Origin: Stegostoma tigrinum
Lineage: Eukaryota
Assembly: GCF_030684315.1 (NCBI RefSeq)
Contig: NC_081373.1
Location: 40,401,989 to 40,465,988, forward strand
Direction: 5' to 3'
Length of the DNA stretch: 64,000 nt
Shown here: positions 36,480 to 49,338 of the stretch, in pieces
Layout of the letters: each line of letters starts with the position of its first letter
How positions within the stretch are numbered: position 1 is the first letter of the stretch
Position numbers and translations under genes: made by a program
The notes under the pieces: model-generated
Told to the model about the DNA's origin: nothing
What the model saw: the letters and a program-made list of their open reading frames with translations, nothing else
Database searches by the model: none

Positions 36480-36910
36480 AAACCCACACAGAGATGTGCT
36501 GAGTGGGTGAGTTGGCAACACAGAGCTTGCAGGATTAATGATGTTAGGGGTTGAGGGAGGTGATAGTGACTGAGGGAAGGTGTTGCAGGCAACGGTGAGA
36601 GTGGTTGAGCACGAGGGCTGTTGGGAGGTGGGTAGAATAGAGACACAGAGATAGAGTGAGATGTTGGACAGAAGATAATGACACTTACCCCAGTGGAGCA
36701 AAGAAGGTCATTGACCTTCCTTCTACACTGCTGGAGACTGTTCCAGACAGGCTGACCTGGCTAGCAAACTTGGGCCAGGCTGGTAGAGTGTGATGTAGTG
36801 GCCTTCCATTGCCAGTCCTGGGGGTAGAAACCATCTGTCTCTCTGTACCACATCATCCACTGGGACCTCTGCAAAGGGGAGGTGGAAGTGGGACACACTG
36901 GCACCCGTGC
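36480..36910 (-). pseudogene. Harbinger Myb/SANT-like remnant
   Basis: EVPVDDVVQRD..AW..QQCRRKVNDLLCSTG followed by a gtaagt donor at 36688. Confidence 0.65.
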
Positions 36911-37604
36911 ATACTTCAGCTTCTGTAGCTGGGAGAATCCAGATGAGGGGGCAAATAGGGACATGATGGATACCTAATGGGATGGGTTTGGAACAATGGC
37001 ACAAGAAAATTCATGAGGCCTTATAAAGAGAAATCTTGCGTGAAAATGAACAAAGTTACACTTTCCACAATATTGTAACCTTCAGCACACAATCTGACAA
37101 GCCCAGTTTCAATCTGGGATCTGATATGTCCAGTGTTACCATCAGATGGGATCATAGCATAGAGAAATTTCAGGTGGGCCTCATTGATGATTCAATTTTC
37201 AGACAGGGTTTCAAATGAATATGCAACATTCTCCACTCATGTAAATAAATAAAGATAGCCTTTTGCTTGGTGTAGACCCAAAATTTTTATTTTCATCAGG
37301 AGTGGGTGCACGAATTACATGTTTCCTGATTGTGTTGGTTGGGAATTTTGTACAAAAGTCAGAGGAGAAGGATTTTTCTTTCAGGCCACAAGGAACAACA
37401 GCAACTTGCTCTTGACCCGTACATAACCACTTGATAAAAGGTGTGACCTGGCTCCATTAGGCAGAGGCCAATTTTGCATTCTCCGAGAATGATAGAACTG
37501 CCAGGCAAATTGTCATTCGCAACTCACTGAATCTGAAAATGTTTAGGCCTCTCAGATATTCTCAGAAGTAATACCTGGACCACAAACTACAGCATTTAGG
37601 TAAA

Positions 37605-40600
37605 CATGCAGCATGAGGGATGGTGCAGATGGGAGGGGTTTAGACATTTTGAGACATTCGGATTACTTTGGGAAAGGGGAAGTTGTTCAGAAGATACGGG
37701 CTTCACCTGAGTACAAAAGGAACTAATCCTCTGGTTCGGAGAGTAAATAGTGTAGTAATGGTGGATTTAAACTGGTAAGGCAGGGAAGTTGACTAATGGG
37801 TCAAGTTTTGGAAGTACCAGAGAGAGAAAAAGAGAGAAGATGGGGAACAGGGAAAAGGTACTAAGGGAAGGCTTGAGTGTTGATAGTGAACAACAAAATT
37901 GTCTCCTTCTAATGGGCAGGAGAAAGATAAAGGCATGGTTAAATTGTATGTATGTAAATACACAGAGTATAGTGAACAAAATGGGGAACTGGAAACATAA
38001 ATTGCTCTCGAGGATATGACATAGCTTCATTGTCAGAAACATGGCTCAAGCCAGAGCAAGACTGAATACTAAATATCCTGGGTTATAAAGCTTTTTGTAA
38101 AAACAGAGGAGGGTTAGCAATGTTGGTCAAACATTATATCATCGTCTTCGAATGAAATGTGGTTCCAAAATTAGAGTCAATACAGTTGGAAGTAAGAAAC
38201 TGGAAGGGAGCAGTGACCTTGCTGAGTAATTATTATAAATCTCCATGTAGTAGAGAGTAAGTAGAAGAGAGCATTTAATCAAAGAGTATGAGGACAAGTA
38301 GGGATGTGATAGTTGGTGATTTCAATTACCCAAATGAAGACTGGCAGAAAAGTGGAATATGGGGCATTAAAGAGGAGAAAATCTTACAATTTGTGCAGGG
38401 CAACTTGCTGGAAGAGTACATTTCCAGTCCTAACAGGACAGTGCAGTGCTGCATCTGGCGCTAGGAAATGAGGCAGGCCAAGTGGAGGATGCCAGACTGG
38501 GAGAGCATTTGGGAACTAGCAATCATAACATAATAGGATTCAATATTGTATTTGAAAAAGGATAAAAATCAATCACTGATTAAGACTCCAGACGGGAGTA
38601 GGGCAGATTTTAAAATGGAGCAGACTAATTGGAAACATATTTTGGTAGATAAAAGAAGTGGATGAAAAAACGGGAAACTTTCAAAACAGTACACGCTAGA
38701 TACACATCCATGGGAAATAAATGTGACATATTCAAAGCTGGAGTCCCTGGATGACAAAAGATATTGATGAGAAAATAAGGAAGGAAAAGGAAGCATACAA
38801 TGCATATCGGAGTAAAATAATTGAAATCAGGAAGAGTGTCTCAAATGCAGGACAGAGGCTAAGGCTGGAATAAGAAAGGCTAAGAGCAAGCATGAGAAAA
38901 GGATGGCAGGGTGTAGTAAAACAAATCATAAAGTATTTTCCAAACATTGTAATGGAGATTAAGATTAGCAAATGATGAGTGGGCCCAATAAAGAACCAAC
39001 AGAGTTAGCTGCTCACTGAAGCAAAGGGTATGGTAGAGGTACTAAATGAGTACTTTGCTTTTGTCTTCACTAAATTAGAACATGATGACAATGGTCAAGT
39101 TGAAAATGTGTGTGTTGAGCAACTGAGCAGCAAAGTGATAGTGAAAGGAAAGGTATTGGAAAGGCTGGCAGCACTGCAAGTAGAGAATTCAACAGGATTG
39201 ATGGGATGCATCCCAATTTGCTGAGATAGAAAAAGGAGAAAATTGCAAGTACTTGATAGAAATTTTCCAGGCCTCTCTGAACACGAGATTATCCCGGGGT
39301 GGGGGGCGCGGTGGTGGTAGAGGATTACAAATGTGACACCATTATTTATGAGAGAGGGAAAGGATAGTCCAGGAAACTACAGACCTGTCAGCTTGATATC
39401 AATAGTGGGAAAACTGATAGAGGCCATAATACAGAATAAGGTAAATATACACTTGCAAAAAAAATAAGCTGATAATTGACTGTCAACATAGCTTAGCCAA
39501 GGGCAGGCTATGTCTGACAAATTTGATTGAGTTCTTTGACGAGATGACACAAGCAGTGGACAAGGTAATGGTGTAGATGTTGTAGATTTGAAATTCCAGA
39601 AAGCATTCGATATGGTGTCAAATGGCAGGTTGATTAGCAAATTTGAAATGTTTGGGATCAGTGGGTCCTTGGCAGCACGGATTAGAAGTTAGGTAAAAGA
39701 ATGGAAACAGAGGGCAGGTATAGATTGGCACTTCTCAGATTGGAGACAAGTTGAAGGTGGTGCTCCCCAGGGATTGGTGTTGGGAACCTTGCTTTTTCTG
39801 ATTTTTGTAAATGATTTACAGACGGATGTTGAGATCAACATCTCTAAATTTGCAGGTGATACTAAGCTGGGAATAATGAATTGTGAAGATGATGCTGAGC
39901 AACTTCAGAGAGACATTGACAAATTGGTCAAATGGGCAGACATCTGCATTTCAATGCAGAGAAATTAGATAATGCATTTAAGTAAAATAAATGCTGAGGG
40001 ACAATACAGGTTCAATGGTACAAACGTGATGGGAGTTCAGGAGTAGAGTTCACATGCATAATTCTGTAAAAGTGGCCAGGCAAGTTGAAATAATTGTTAA
40101 GGCAGCTTATGGGATTCTTGCATTTATAAAGAGAGTCAAGGAGTATTAAAGCAAGGAGGTGTTGTGACACTTCTACAAATCTGGAGTATTGTGTTCTGGA
40201 CATTTTATATAAAGAAGCATGTTAAAGCCGTAGGGAGTGTACAAAGGAGATATAGTGGAATATACCAGGAATGAGGGATTTCAGATACAGTAAAAGATTA
40301 AGGAATTGGTGCTTATTCTCCTTGGAAACCAGAAGATTAAGAAGTGACCTTATCCAGGTGTAGAAAATTTATGAACAAATTTGATAGGGTGCAAAAGGAT
40401 ATTCTCTTTCCACTAGTTGATATGTCAGTAAATAAAGATCACAATTTCAAGATTGTCAGTACAGGCCTCGGATCGAGGTGAGGAGAAACTTCTTTACTCA
40501 GACAGGTGTTAGGAGTTGGAATGTGCTGCCTGGGAGAGGCAGTTTCAATAGGTAGTTTTCAAAAGAGAGCTGGATATATATTTGAAAGTGATGAATTCAG

Positions 40601-40713
40601 AGGGCTATGGAGATAAGGCTGGAGAATGGTAAAAGTTGGTTAGGCTTTTTTGGGAGGCGAACAGACATAATGGGTCAAATAGCTTTCTTCTGTACTGTAA
40701 ATTCCACAATTCT
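37605..40713 (+). mobile_element. Degenerate CR1 LINE (ORF1 end, APE endonuclease, RT, tail)
   Basis: LNCMYVNTQSIVNK, VGDFNYP, EVLNEYFAFVFT, PGNYRPVSL, LFLIFVNDL..ISKFAGDTKLG; many stops and frameshifts. Confidence 0.92.
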
Positions 40714-40985
40714 ATTTGATATTACAACGACCATTCTGTCCAAGACTTATTTTTCTTTCTAATATCACATGTCTGATTTCCAGTCACTGATTAGAGACAA
40801 ATTGAATCAGTTGATGCAGTGCTTACAGTAAAACCAGGCTGGGGGAATTCAGGTGCACAAACTAGAAAGTCTGTCCAACTGTTATTATGTATCAATTATA
40901 ATGTGACCAGTTCCAGTCAGTATTTTAAGACAAAGGAGATAAAGATGTGTAATTAAAAAGACACAATTGTATATGTCCTAATTAA

Positions 40986-41787
40986 CATAATTGTTTGATA
41001 GCTTGTACCAAGTCTGAGACACATAGAGATATATTTGACATATTTTGTGAACATTAATAGCCATCAGGCATTTTCCTCATGAGGAGAAATGCTATGATAA
41101 ATTGGTTCTGGCATTCTTTTCCAGGAAATTAGAAATCTCCTAATAGAGATATTAATCTGTGGAGCAAGCTGAAAATCATCTTCCATGGTAGTCTTCATTT
41201 TTGTAGAGTTTTCTACATTTTGGTCAGTAACATGAAAGGAAATGAAAGTATTAGTTTGATGGGTGTGTCAATGATATTGTAATCCGGTAACAGCAATTTC
41301 AAAAGTCCCTAGGGACAGGATCTGTCAGAACACACTGTTTAAACTATTTGTGTCATCTGCATTATCAGCAAACATTGGTATGATCTCCCAGATGCGTCAG
41401 AAGTGCGAGAGAGAACAGTACAAAAGTGATCATTTATGATTAATTCCCTTGATATCTGGCATAAACGTACAGTTATTGAATGAGCTTAGATAATTTACCT
41501 CTCTTAAATGCTGAATTATGTTCATCCTGATAAAATCCCAATGCCTTCCGGGACATTAATGTAGCAATGCATTATTCTGTATCACTTTCACAAGGTGCAG
41601 CGTAAAACTTTGTCTGCATAATTGCTTGATAGCTTGTACCATGTCTGAGACACATACAGATATATTTGACATATTTTGTAAACACTAATAGCCATCAGGC
41701 ATTTCCTCATGAGGAGAAATGCTTTGATGAATTGGTTCTGGCATTCTTTTCCAGAAAGTCAGAACTCTCCTGATAGAGATATTTATC
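40986..41787. repeat. Pair of ~170-bp direct repeats (40986-41157 and 41617-41787)
   Basis: Roughly 90% identical by eye, offset by 631 bp. Confidence 0.9.
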
Positions 41788-42391
41788 CTGGAAAGACCAG
41801 TGTTGTATGCTTCGATGCTAATTTACATAACAAAGAGTATCAGCCATAAAATAGAAAGAAAACAAACTTTTGCAAACAATGAAGGGTTTTGGCCACTTCC
41901 AAATATGGCAAAGTCTGGATTTTCATGTATCTTTTCTCAGATAGTTAGCATGGCCACATAATAGACATGTACAGTACTATACTTCTCTTAAGTAATTTCT
42001 CTTTCTTCATATATAACTAAGAGGGTACCAGTCTATGGCCTGTGTCAGTTCTGCTTAGCGTGATGCCTTCTGTGGTAAAGCATTATTTAAATCGAACAGG
42101 ACATAAGCCATTCTGCCCATCGAACCTGTTCTATCATTCAGTCACACCATACCCAACCTGTACCTTAACAATCACTTACCTATCTACAATCATAATCGAT
42201 CATCCTTGATATACTTACCCATTGAAAAAATGTTGATAAAGTTTACCAATCAATTATCATGGCTTTACTACAGAAGATTTTCTCCATTCTTGAGGAAACA
42301 AATGTGCCTTGAATCATTTTTGAATTCAGAAGTCATAAATATAAAATACATTATATGTGTGTGTTATACATCGTAATGTATTTTGTGTGTG

Positions 42392-42628
42392 TGTAGTGAT
42401 TAGAGGAAGGTTGTCTAGGGTGGATCTCATTGAGTGCGAGTTCCCTGATTAATCCTGTTAACCTGGGCCAATCAGGGAGTCCTGGCTGACAGATATGAAC
42501 ACAAGTGTCAGGGATTCTTTTCAATCTAGGGACTGGCTTTAAGCTGGCTGGTCAAAGTCCATGTATTGTGCACATGTAAATAAAGGGTAACTCGGTGACA
42601 GGTTGCCAGCCCCTGTGGAGTTATTTCA
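42392..42628 (+). mobile_element. Probable solo LTR
   Basis: TGTA...TTCA ends, CCAAT motif and AATAAA near the 3' end; no clear TSD. Confidence 0.5.
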
Positions 42629-43734
42629 ATATATGAGAATTCTGGAGTCATAACCTACTTAAAGTTAACTTATTAAACTGCAAAACCCCATTTCCTCGAC
42701 AATAGAGCAAACCGTCTCTGGAAAAGCCATGAAAATGAATGAGTAAATTATAGATGTGAGATCAGTCATGATGTCAGGCAACAGCCTCAATCTTTACATC
42801 CACTCTTTGGCCAAGCAGAGACGACCTGAAGGTGGTCTAGTGGACCTAGCATGGCTTTCTGCTCCTTGTAATTGCCTTTGTGCTTGCAAATGTTCCAAAG
42901 AAATTCTGCTCCAATGTGTTCCAAGTATAGTCCTAAATTGTTTATTCTGATGCATCATTATGCTTCCCTTTCTCTACCTACAACACTTTTATTCATTGGC
43001 ATTTGGACATGAATTCCACGCTAGTATGCTTACATTTAAAAGAATTCTAGCAAATCAATATTTAAATCTCAGATGCAGGAAAAAAATGGAGTAAATTACT
43101 GAAAATTGGGTTAAGTCATTTAAATTTTTTCATCTATATGTAGATGAACTGAGTATATCAACTCAGTCTCAAAGCAGAGGCAATTGAATCACGACTAAGT
43201 GTAGCTTGTTGGGTCAAAAACTAAGACAGGCAAGTTATATTGGTTATTATTTGTAGTCTATCAGGAGACGGCAAATGCATATTAACACCTTAAGGACCAA
43301 TCTTGGAAAACTCCATTTCTTATACTTCCAGCAGTAGAATAGAATTTACAACACAATGTTTCAAATGATTCCCATTTCAAAGCTGGAAATAGTCAAATGA
43401 TCCTGAACTGATGAAGGAACGCTACTATTCCCTGTATACAATTGAGGGGTGAATGCTGCATCTTAAGATGGCTAATGAGTTCAGGTCAAGAGGTGGGAAA
43501 ATTGCAGCTCTTTCAGTGTTTTTCTTCCATCATTCTGTCAGCAAAATAATGAATGAGCTGAAAGGGAATTCAGAACCTAGGTGCATTGTGTTCTGGCCTT
43601 GCCTGAAAGTTATGATGGGTCTCTGACTGCCAACAGCCGCACAGATTAGAGGTGAGGTCTGGAGTTGAGTCTGCAAGAGAAGGGCTTCCATTGTCCCAGG
43701 CTTTGTAGAGCATTGGTGAGCCAAAAACAGCCTA

Positions 43735-43955
43735 TATTTGCGTAGCACCTTCATCATGATGAAGCATCTAGAAGTATTTCACAAGAACAACATAAAATAA
43801 GATGCCATAAAACTACGTGAAGAGATATGTCAGATGACAAAAAGCTAGTCAGAAAGGTTAGTTTCAAAAAGTGTCTTGCGGGGCTGGGGGGTAGAGAGAT
43901 GAAGACACTCAGGGAGGGAATTCCACAGTTCCAGACCTAGGCTGAAGGCATGGCA
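43735..43955 (-). mobile_element. L2-type 3' end remnant
   Basis: Degenerate gtagcacctt...gggagggaattccaca..ggctgaaggcatggc pattern typical of reverse-complement L2 tails. Confidence 0.45.
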
Positions 43956-45477
43956 ATCACTGTTAGCTCAGTTGTGAAACCAGCTCACTGGATGACGAGG
44001 GAGTGCCATTCTACAATTCCAGAGCTGAATCATTGCCTGGAATCTTTTCATAAAAGTTTATGGATGTCCTTTTCCATTATAAACAGGCAATTTGGGGACA
44101 TTTTAAGTGTTTTGCTAATGGGCATTGTGCACTCAAGTCCATTCTGCCACGCTTTGGAGTCACTAATTTACCAGTGTATTTTAAAAGGACACACAGTAAA
44201 AAGACCAACTAAATTTCAAGTCAGAAAATTAGTTTTTACGGCATCTTGTGTTTTCAACCAACAATACAGCCTTTTAACTGATTAAAATGAAGATCTAATG
44301 TTGTTTTTGCTTAACTGAACCCTGCTCTATGTGATTGCATCAATGGAATAGCCATTTTAAAGCAGAACACTAAAATGTTAAACACTGAAAATACTGTTCA
44401 GTTTCAAGAGCCTATTATTCAAAATGCCCCATTTCTAGCGAAACTGAAGATGGCAGGTAATCTTAGCCAGCAATTGGAAAAGCTTTAAAAGAAACTAGGA
44501 AAATGACAAGATTGCATCAGGTTTCATTAAACAGTCAAAAGATGTCAGAACCTCCACAGTAATTACCTGTATGGGCAGAGCAACTTTTTGAAAATACTTA
44601 ATGGATTTCAGTTTGAGGCAGCTTAAGGCACATAAAAGAGAAGAAATTGCTGCACGTTAAGAAGGAACAATTTTGTGGTCACAAGCCTTGTAAAGCTATA
44701 AATAAATCTGTGTATAAATCAAATAAATGCCAAGGAAAATGCCATGTCAGAAATAACAAAAAGCATACCCAACTTGGATTCACAAGCTCAATGAGTACTG
44801 ACCACTAATGATGGAGAGTTTATCAAATTCACAAAGCAAGATGCAACATCAAAGTAGCACAATGCTTTTACATGATATGGGAAGTTGGAAGATAATCCAC
44901 ATCTTTAAAGTGACCCTGACTTCTTCTCAACTGACATCCAAAAAACTATCACCAGCTGTGAAAAACTTCTTTTTTAATCTGCAGAAGGTTATGGGCCACA
45001 ATTTCAAGTGTTATACCAGAATTTGTGTCTTAAAATGCAGTCACTACTCCTGTACTTGTCAGTGCACACCATCCATCAAGTGTGAAGCCCCATACAATCA
45101 AAATGCAACCTACAATAAACCTCATACTGTTATTATCTAGACAGACAAGGACAGTTGTACATATGCAAACCAGGTTTACCTCCCGAGTTATAAACTACAC
45201 TGATTTGGAAATTAATGGTTGATCTTTCATCATTGATGTATAAAAATTCTGAAAGTAGTTCTGGTAAAAGGTTACTGACCTGAAACATTGTGTTGGACTT
45301 TCATCCTCAAGTTTGGTAGAAGGAGCTGAGAGATTTCCTGGCTTGGTCCATCCATCTCAGGAGAATGTGCCTGAAAGAATGAGACTTCATTGGCCAGGGC
45401 AGATGCCAGCTAACCCTGGCAAAAAGTTCAAAGGGAGGGGCCTCTGCTGGCTGCAGAGGTAGGTGGCTTTAAAGGCT

Positions 45478-45927
45478 ACAAGACCATAAGAAATAGGAAA
45501 GGAGTAGGTTGTTTGGTCCCTCAAGCCTGTTCTGTCATTTAGTACGATCATGTCTGATCCAACATTCCTCACACCCATGTTCCTGCCCTTTCCCCATAAC
45601 TCTTGATCCAGAATCTCTGTATCTCAACCTTAAAGGGCTTTGCCCCACAGCTCTCTGTGGCAAGACACTTCAAAGATTCACACCCTTTTAAGAGAAGAAA
45701 TTCCTCCTCTGAGCAGTCTTAAATTGGTGGCCTTTTATTCTTAGACTATGCCGTCTGACCCTAGACCCTCCCAACACAGGAAACATCCTCTCAGCATTTA
45801 CCCTGTCAAACCACTTAAGAATCTTATATGTTTCAATGAGATCACCTCTCATTCTTCTAAACTCCAGTGGGTAGAGTTCCAATCTGTTAGCCTTCGTTCA
45901 TTAGACACTCCCTCCATACCAGGGATC
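45478..45927 (-). mobile_element. CR1 3' end
   Basis: LYPLEFRRMRGDLIETYKILKWFDRVNAERMFP..RRNFFS. Confidence 0.88.
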
Positions 45928-46587
45928 GCCATGTTGTCATGGGACTTTGCTATAGTTACAACAAAAACAGAAAGGCCCTCCAGTCATTGCCCCTCACATC
46001 CATACTATTCTCAAGCTCTCCCCATGTCCCAACCATTCTGCCTTATGCTCTCTTCTCACCCCTACAGTCCCCCATTCTAAGGTAAGCGCCCCACATAATC
46101 CCCCATATACCAGGATGTGGTACTTCAGTACCACTAACCCACTATATACTGCATAGAAGTAATGAGCCCTTCAGTGATAACTTAATGTGTTATATATCTT
46201 TAAAAACATTGATCATTTTCCATTATGTTAAAAATATCTATTTTTCACTCCAGGGTCAAACATCCAGGGAGCTCCATAAAAGGTATGGTCACCCATTCCT
46301 TCATGTATATGACCTCCTTTCCCTGCTTGAGGTATGGACTGGGTCTCCAGGAATACATGATTTTCCAGCTTTGAAGGTTTATTGTATTTCATAGTTTGTG
46401 ACAACCCAATCCTAACCTAACACTTAATAACATTGATGATAGAAAAGTTCTACTGCATCTGCTTTGGTGGTGTTCCGACTATCAAATCAAACACTGTAGA
46501 ATGAGTTTCCATTTTATTATCGCCTATAGTATCACCTAAGAATAACTGTTTTGTTAAAAATATTAATATTAAAATCACACCAAAAGC

Positions 46588-46790
46588 CTAAAGACATGCA
46601 GGTTAGGTAGATTCGATATGCTAAATTGCCCATATTATCCAGGGATGTGTAGGTTAGGTGGATTATTCATGGGAAATGCAGAGTTACAGGGATAGGGTTG
46701 GGGGAGGGTTTGGCTGGGATGCTCTTCAGAGGGTCAGTGTAGACTCGATAGGCCAAATGGCCTGCTTTGACAATGTAGGGAGTCTATGGT
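46588..46790 (+). mobile_element. HE1-like SINE 3' half
   Basis: aaagacatgcaggttagg..gctaaattgccc..ggccaaatggcctgct. Confidence 0.8.
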
Positions 46791-47283
46791 TCTTCTATGA
46801 TGAAGAATAATGGGCAGTACATTCCTCTCTAGAAGGCAATATTCTTTGTTTAACAGGGCACTGAATTGTGTCTTGAGGGGCTAATAACATAAAGACAGGG
46901 AGGAAATTAACTTGCTAGTATCTACATTCTTAATAAGTCTTCATTTCCAAATTGGCAAATGTACAAAACTATTAAACTGGTCTACATTTCACAGAAATTT
47001 CTGGCAGAACATTTTCTGATTCTGCGACATGTGGTTACTGTAACTACCTTTATCCCTAATGAACCATTAACTGAATACAAAAACATTAGTACATCATATC
47101 TCTGTGCAGTATAGGCAATACATATTCATAAAGCCTGGCATCTGAAATAAACTCTCCTCTCTCTTACTAGATCTTGACTGCATGTACGATCCTATAATTT
47201 ATGTGGTGTGTCATTTATCAGCAGTAACGGGTTTAGGCTGTTCCCTCGGGTATTCTGATTCCAGCCAATCCCATAAACAAGTG

Positions 47284-47515
47284 AGTACCAAAAGAACTGC
47301 GGATGCTGTAAATCAGGAACAAAAACAAAGTTGCTGGAAAAGCTCAGCAGGTCTGGCAGCATCCGTGGAGGAGAAAAAAAGAGTTACTGTTTCAGGTCTG
47401 GTGACCCTTCCTCAGAGTTCTGAGTAAGGGTCACTGGACCCAAAATGTTAACTCTTTTTTTCTCCTCCGTACATGCTGCCAGACCTGCTGAGCTTTTCCA
47501 GCAACTTTGTTTTTG
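47284..47515. mobile_element. Palindromic PLE-end insertion (second family) with hammerhead motifs on both strands
   Basis: Arms ~47319-47416 and 47419-47516; 15-bp TSD tcccataaacaagtg at 47269-47283 and 47516-47530. Confidence 0.92.
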
Positions 47516-47538
47516 TCCCATAAACAAGTGCATATCTT

Positions 47539-48491
47539 GGGTCAGATTTTCTGGGTAGTGACAATCTTGAGCAGATTGCCACTCTGGCCGATTTCCTTTA
47601 GGATAGAAAGGGATAAAGGGTTTAACAGCAGTCAGCTGCTCTCAATGCGGATGTGTATAAGGTGAGTGTGACGATCAGGTGCTGCGAGGGTAAGCTGCCA
47701 GATGGTTGAGAGGTAAGTTGCCAGGTAAGTAGGGTGCCAGCTTGGGAAGGGTCGGTGCAATGAGTATGATGCCAGATGAGTAAGGGATATGGTGCCAGCT
47801 GGGTACAGTGGCAGGTGAGGAGGAGGCAGGATACCAGGTGAATGGGCTGTCAGCTGTGAAAGCTGCCAGGATGCAAAGTGACAAGGTTAGTGAGCAATGT
47901 TTAGGGTAGATTGAGGTGAGTGGGAGAAATCAAGTTTGTCTGGGGGAGTAGGCGGGTGTTGGGTCTGGAGGGATGTGATTGGGTCATGTATGCCAGCAAT
48001 GGGCAGCATTTGGTATGTCAGGTCTGGTGGCAATGGGGTCAGCTGAGGTCCAGTAGCAGGGAGGTAATTTTGAATCCAGTAGTAGGGGTGTTAGGTTGAG
48101 TTTGGCAGAGCATGTTGAATCAGCTTGAGTAGGGTGGAGGCAGGGTACATTTGTTGGGTTGGGTCCAAAGCTGGGGCTTACAGACATGGGAATGCTGGGT
48201 CAGGGTCTGGGAGGCAAGGGGTCTGGGAGAGTTGTAGTTTGAGGGTGTCAGCCATAAGTATGAGGTCAGTTAAATAATTATTCATAAGTTACACTGTGCA
48301 TTTAACAGTCTAACTTCTATTTTACTTTATCTCTCTGAAACTTCTGAATTCTCTGATTTAAATGGAGAGTTTCAGAGGGCTCCAGGTGTTGAGGTGTTGC
48401 CCAATGGTTAGAATGGAGATTTGCAGGATCCCCATATGTAACTCCCACCAGCACTGGAATTACGACTGTTGGTCATTGGAAAATCCAGGCC
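47539..48491 (-). mobile_element. Non-autonomous TIR element (probably Harbinger-type), copy 2
   Basis: Imperfect TIRs gggtcagattttc and gaaaatccaggcc; G-rich body; related to the copy at 27675. Confidence 0.55.
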
Positions 48492-49338
48492 TTCATCATT
48501 AGAGTGTGCCCTCCTTTATCAATTCATGAAAAGTAACACAGAAATGTAACAATGGAATCTCCTTGCTTAAAATCATTACTTCATTTTGTGTGTCCTCACA
48601 TGTGCTTCCACAATTTTACCAAAGGTAAACCAGTTGAATATTTGGTGAGGTGAGGCCCTGATATGAATTGTTAAACTGATTTGTTTTTGAACAGGTGAAC
48701 ATTCACTCTAATAATGATATTCAAATTCACTCAATCCAATCTGTAAAGCTTGTGTTTGAAAAATAATACAGGACAATAAAAATGCTAAAAATTCCCATCT
48801 TCGAGGTTTCTCTGATTGATGTTAAACCTTCCCACTGCACATTTCTTCCCAAAGACTTGGCTGGATGCGAATGTTTCCATCTCTGTTTTATCCCATTTTC
48901 ACACCCTGGAACTGAGGGACATATCTACCAACTGAGTAGGAATAGGGTCCCCGCTATGTGGTGGTTGTTAATTGCTGACTGAGACAAATTGAATCATTCC
49001 TTGGTAACTTCAATACCTCACACATTAGCATTGCAACTATGGGCTGAATGTTTCTCTTTTGATCAAGTCCAATTTGTGTGGAGTTTTTTGGAGAGATTTC
49101 TGCTACAAGACCTTGTGAGTTTTCTCACTGTATCTTACCACACATGCTCCATTACTTACTTACCCATGATGTCTGTCACATCGTAACACAAGATCCCAGA
49201 ACAACTTGCCACTCAACAGATATCTTCCGCAAGACTGGCATTTCTTGTGCCTATGCCATCTTTAAAAGGCTGTTGTGCACCCAAATAAGCAATGGAATTG
49301 TGAAGCTGCCCTTCTTTATTGAGAGACAGAATCTGAAC

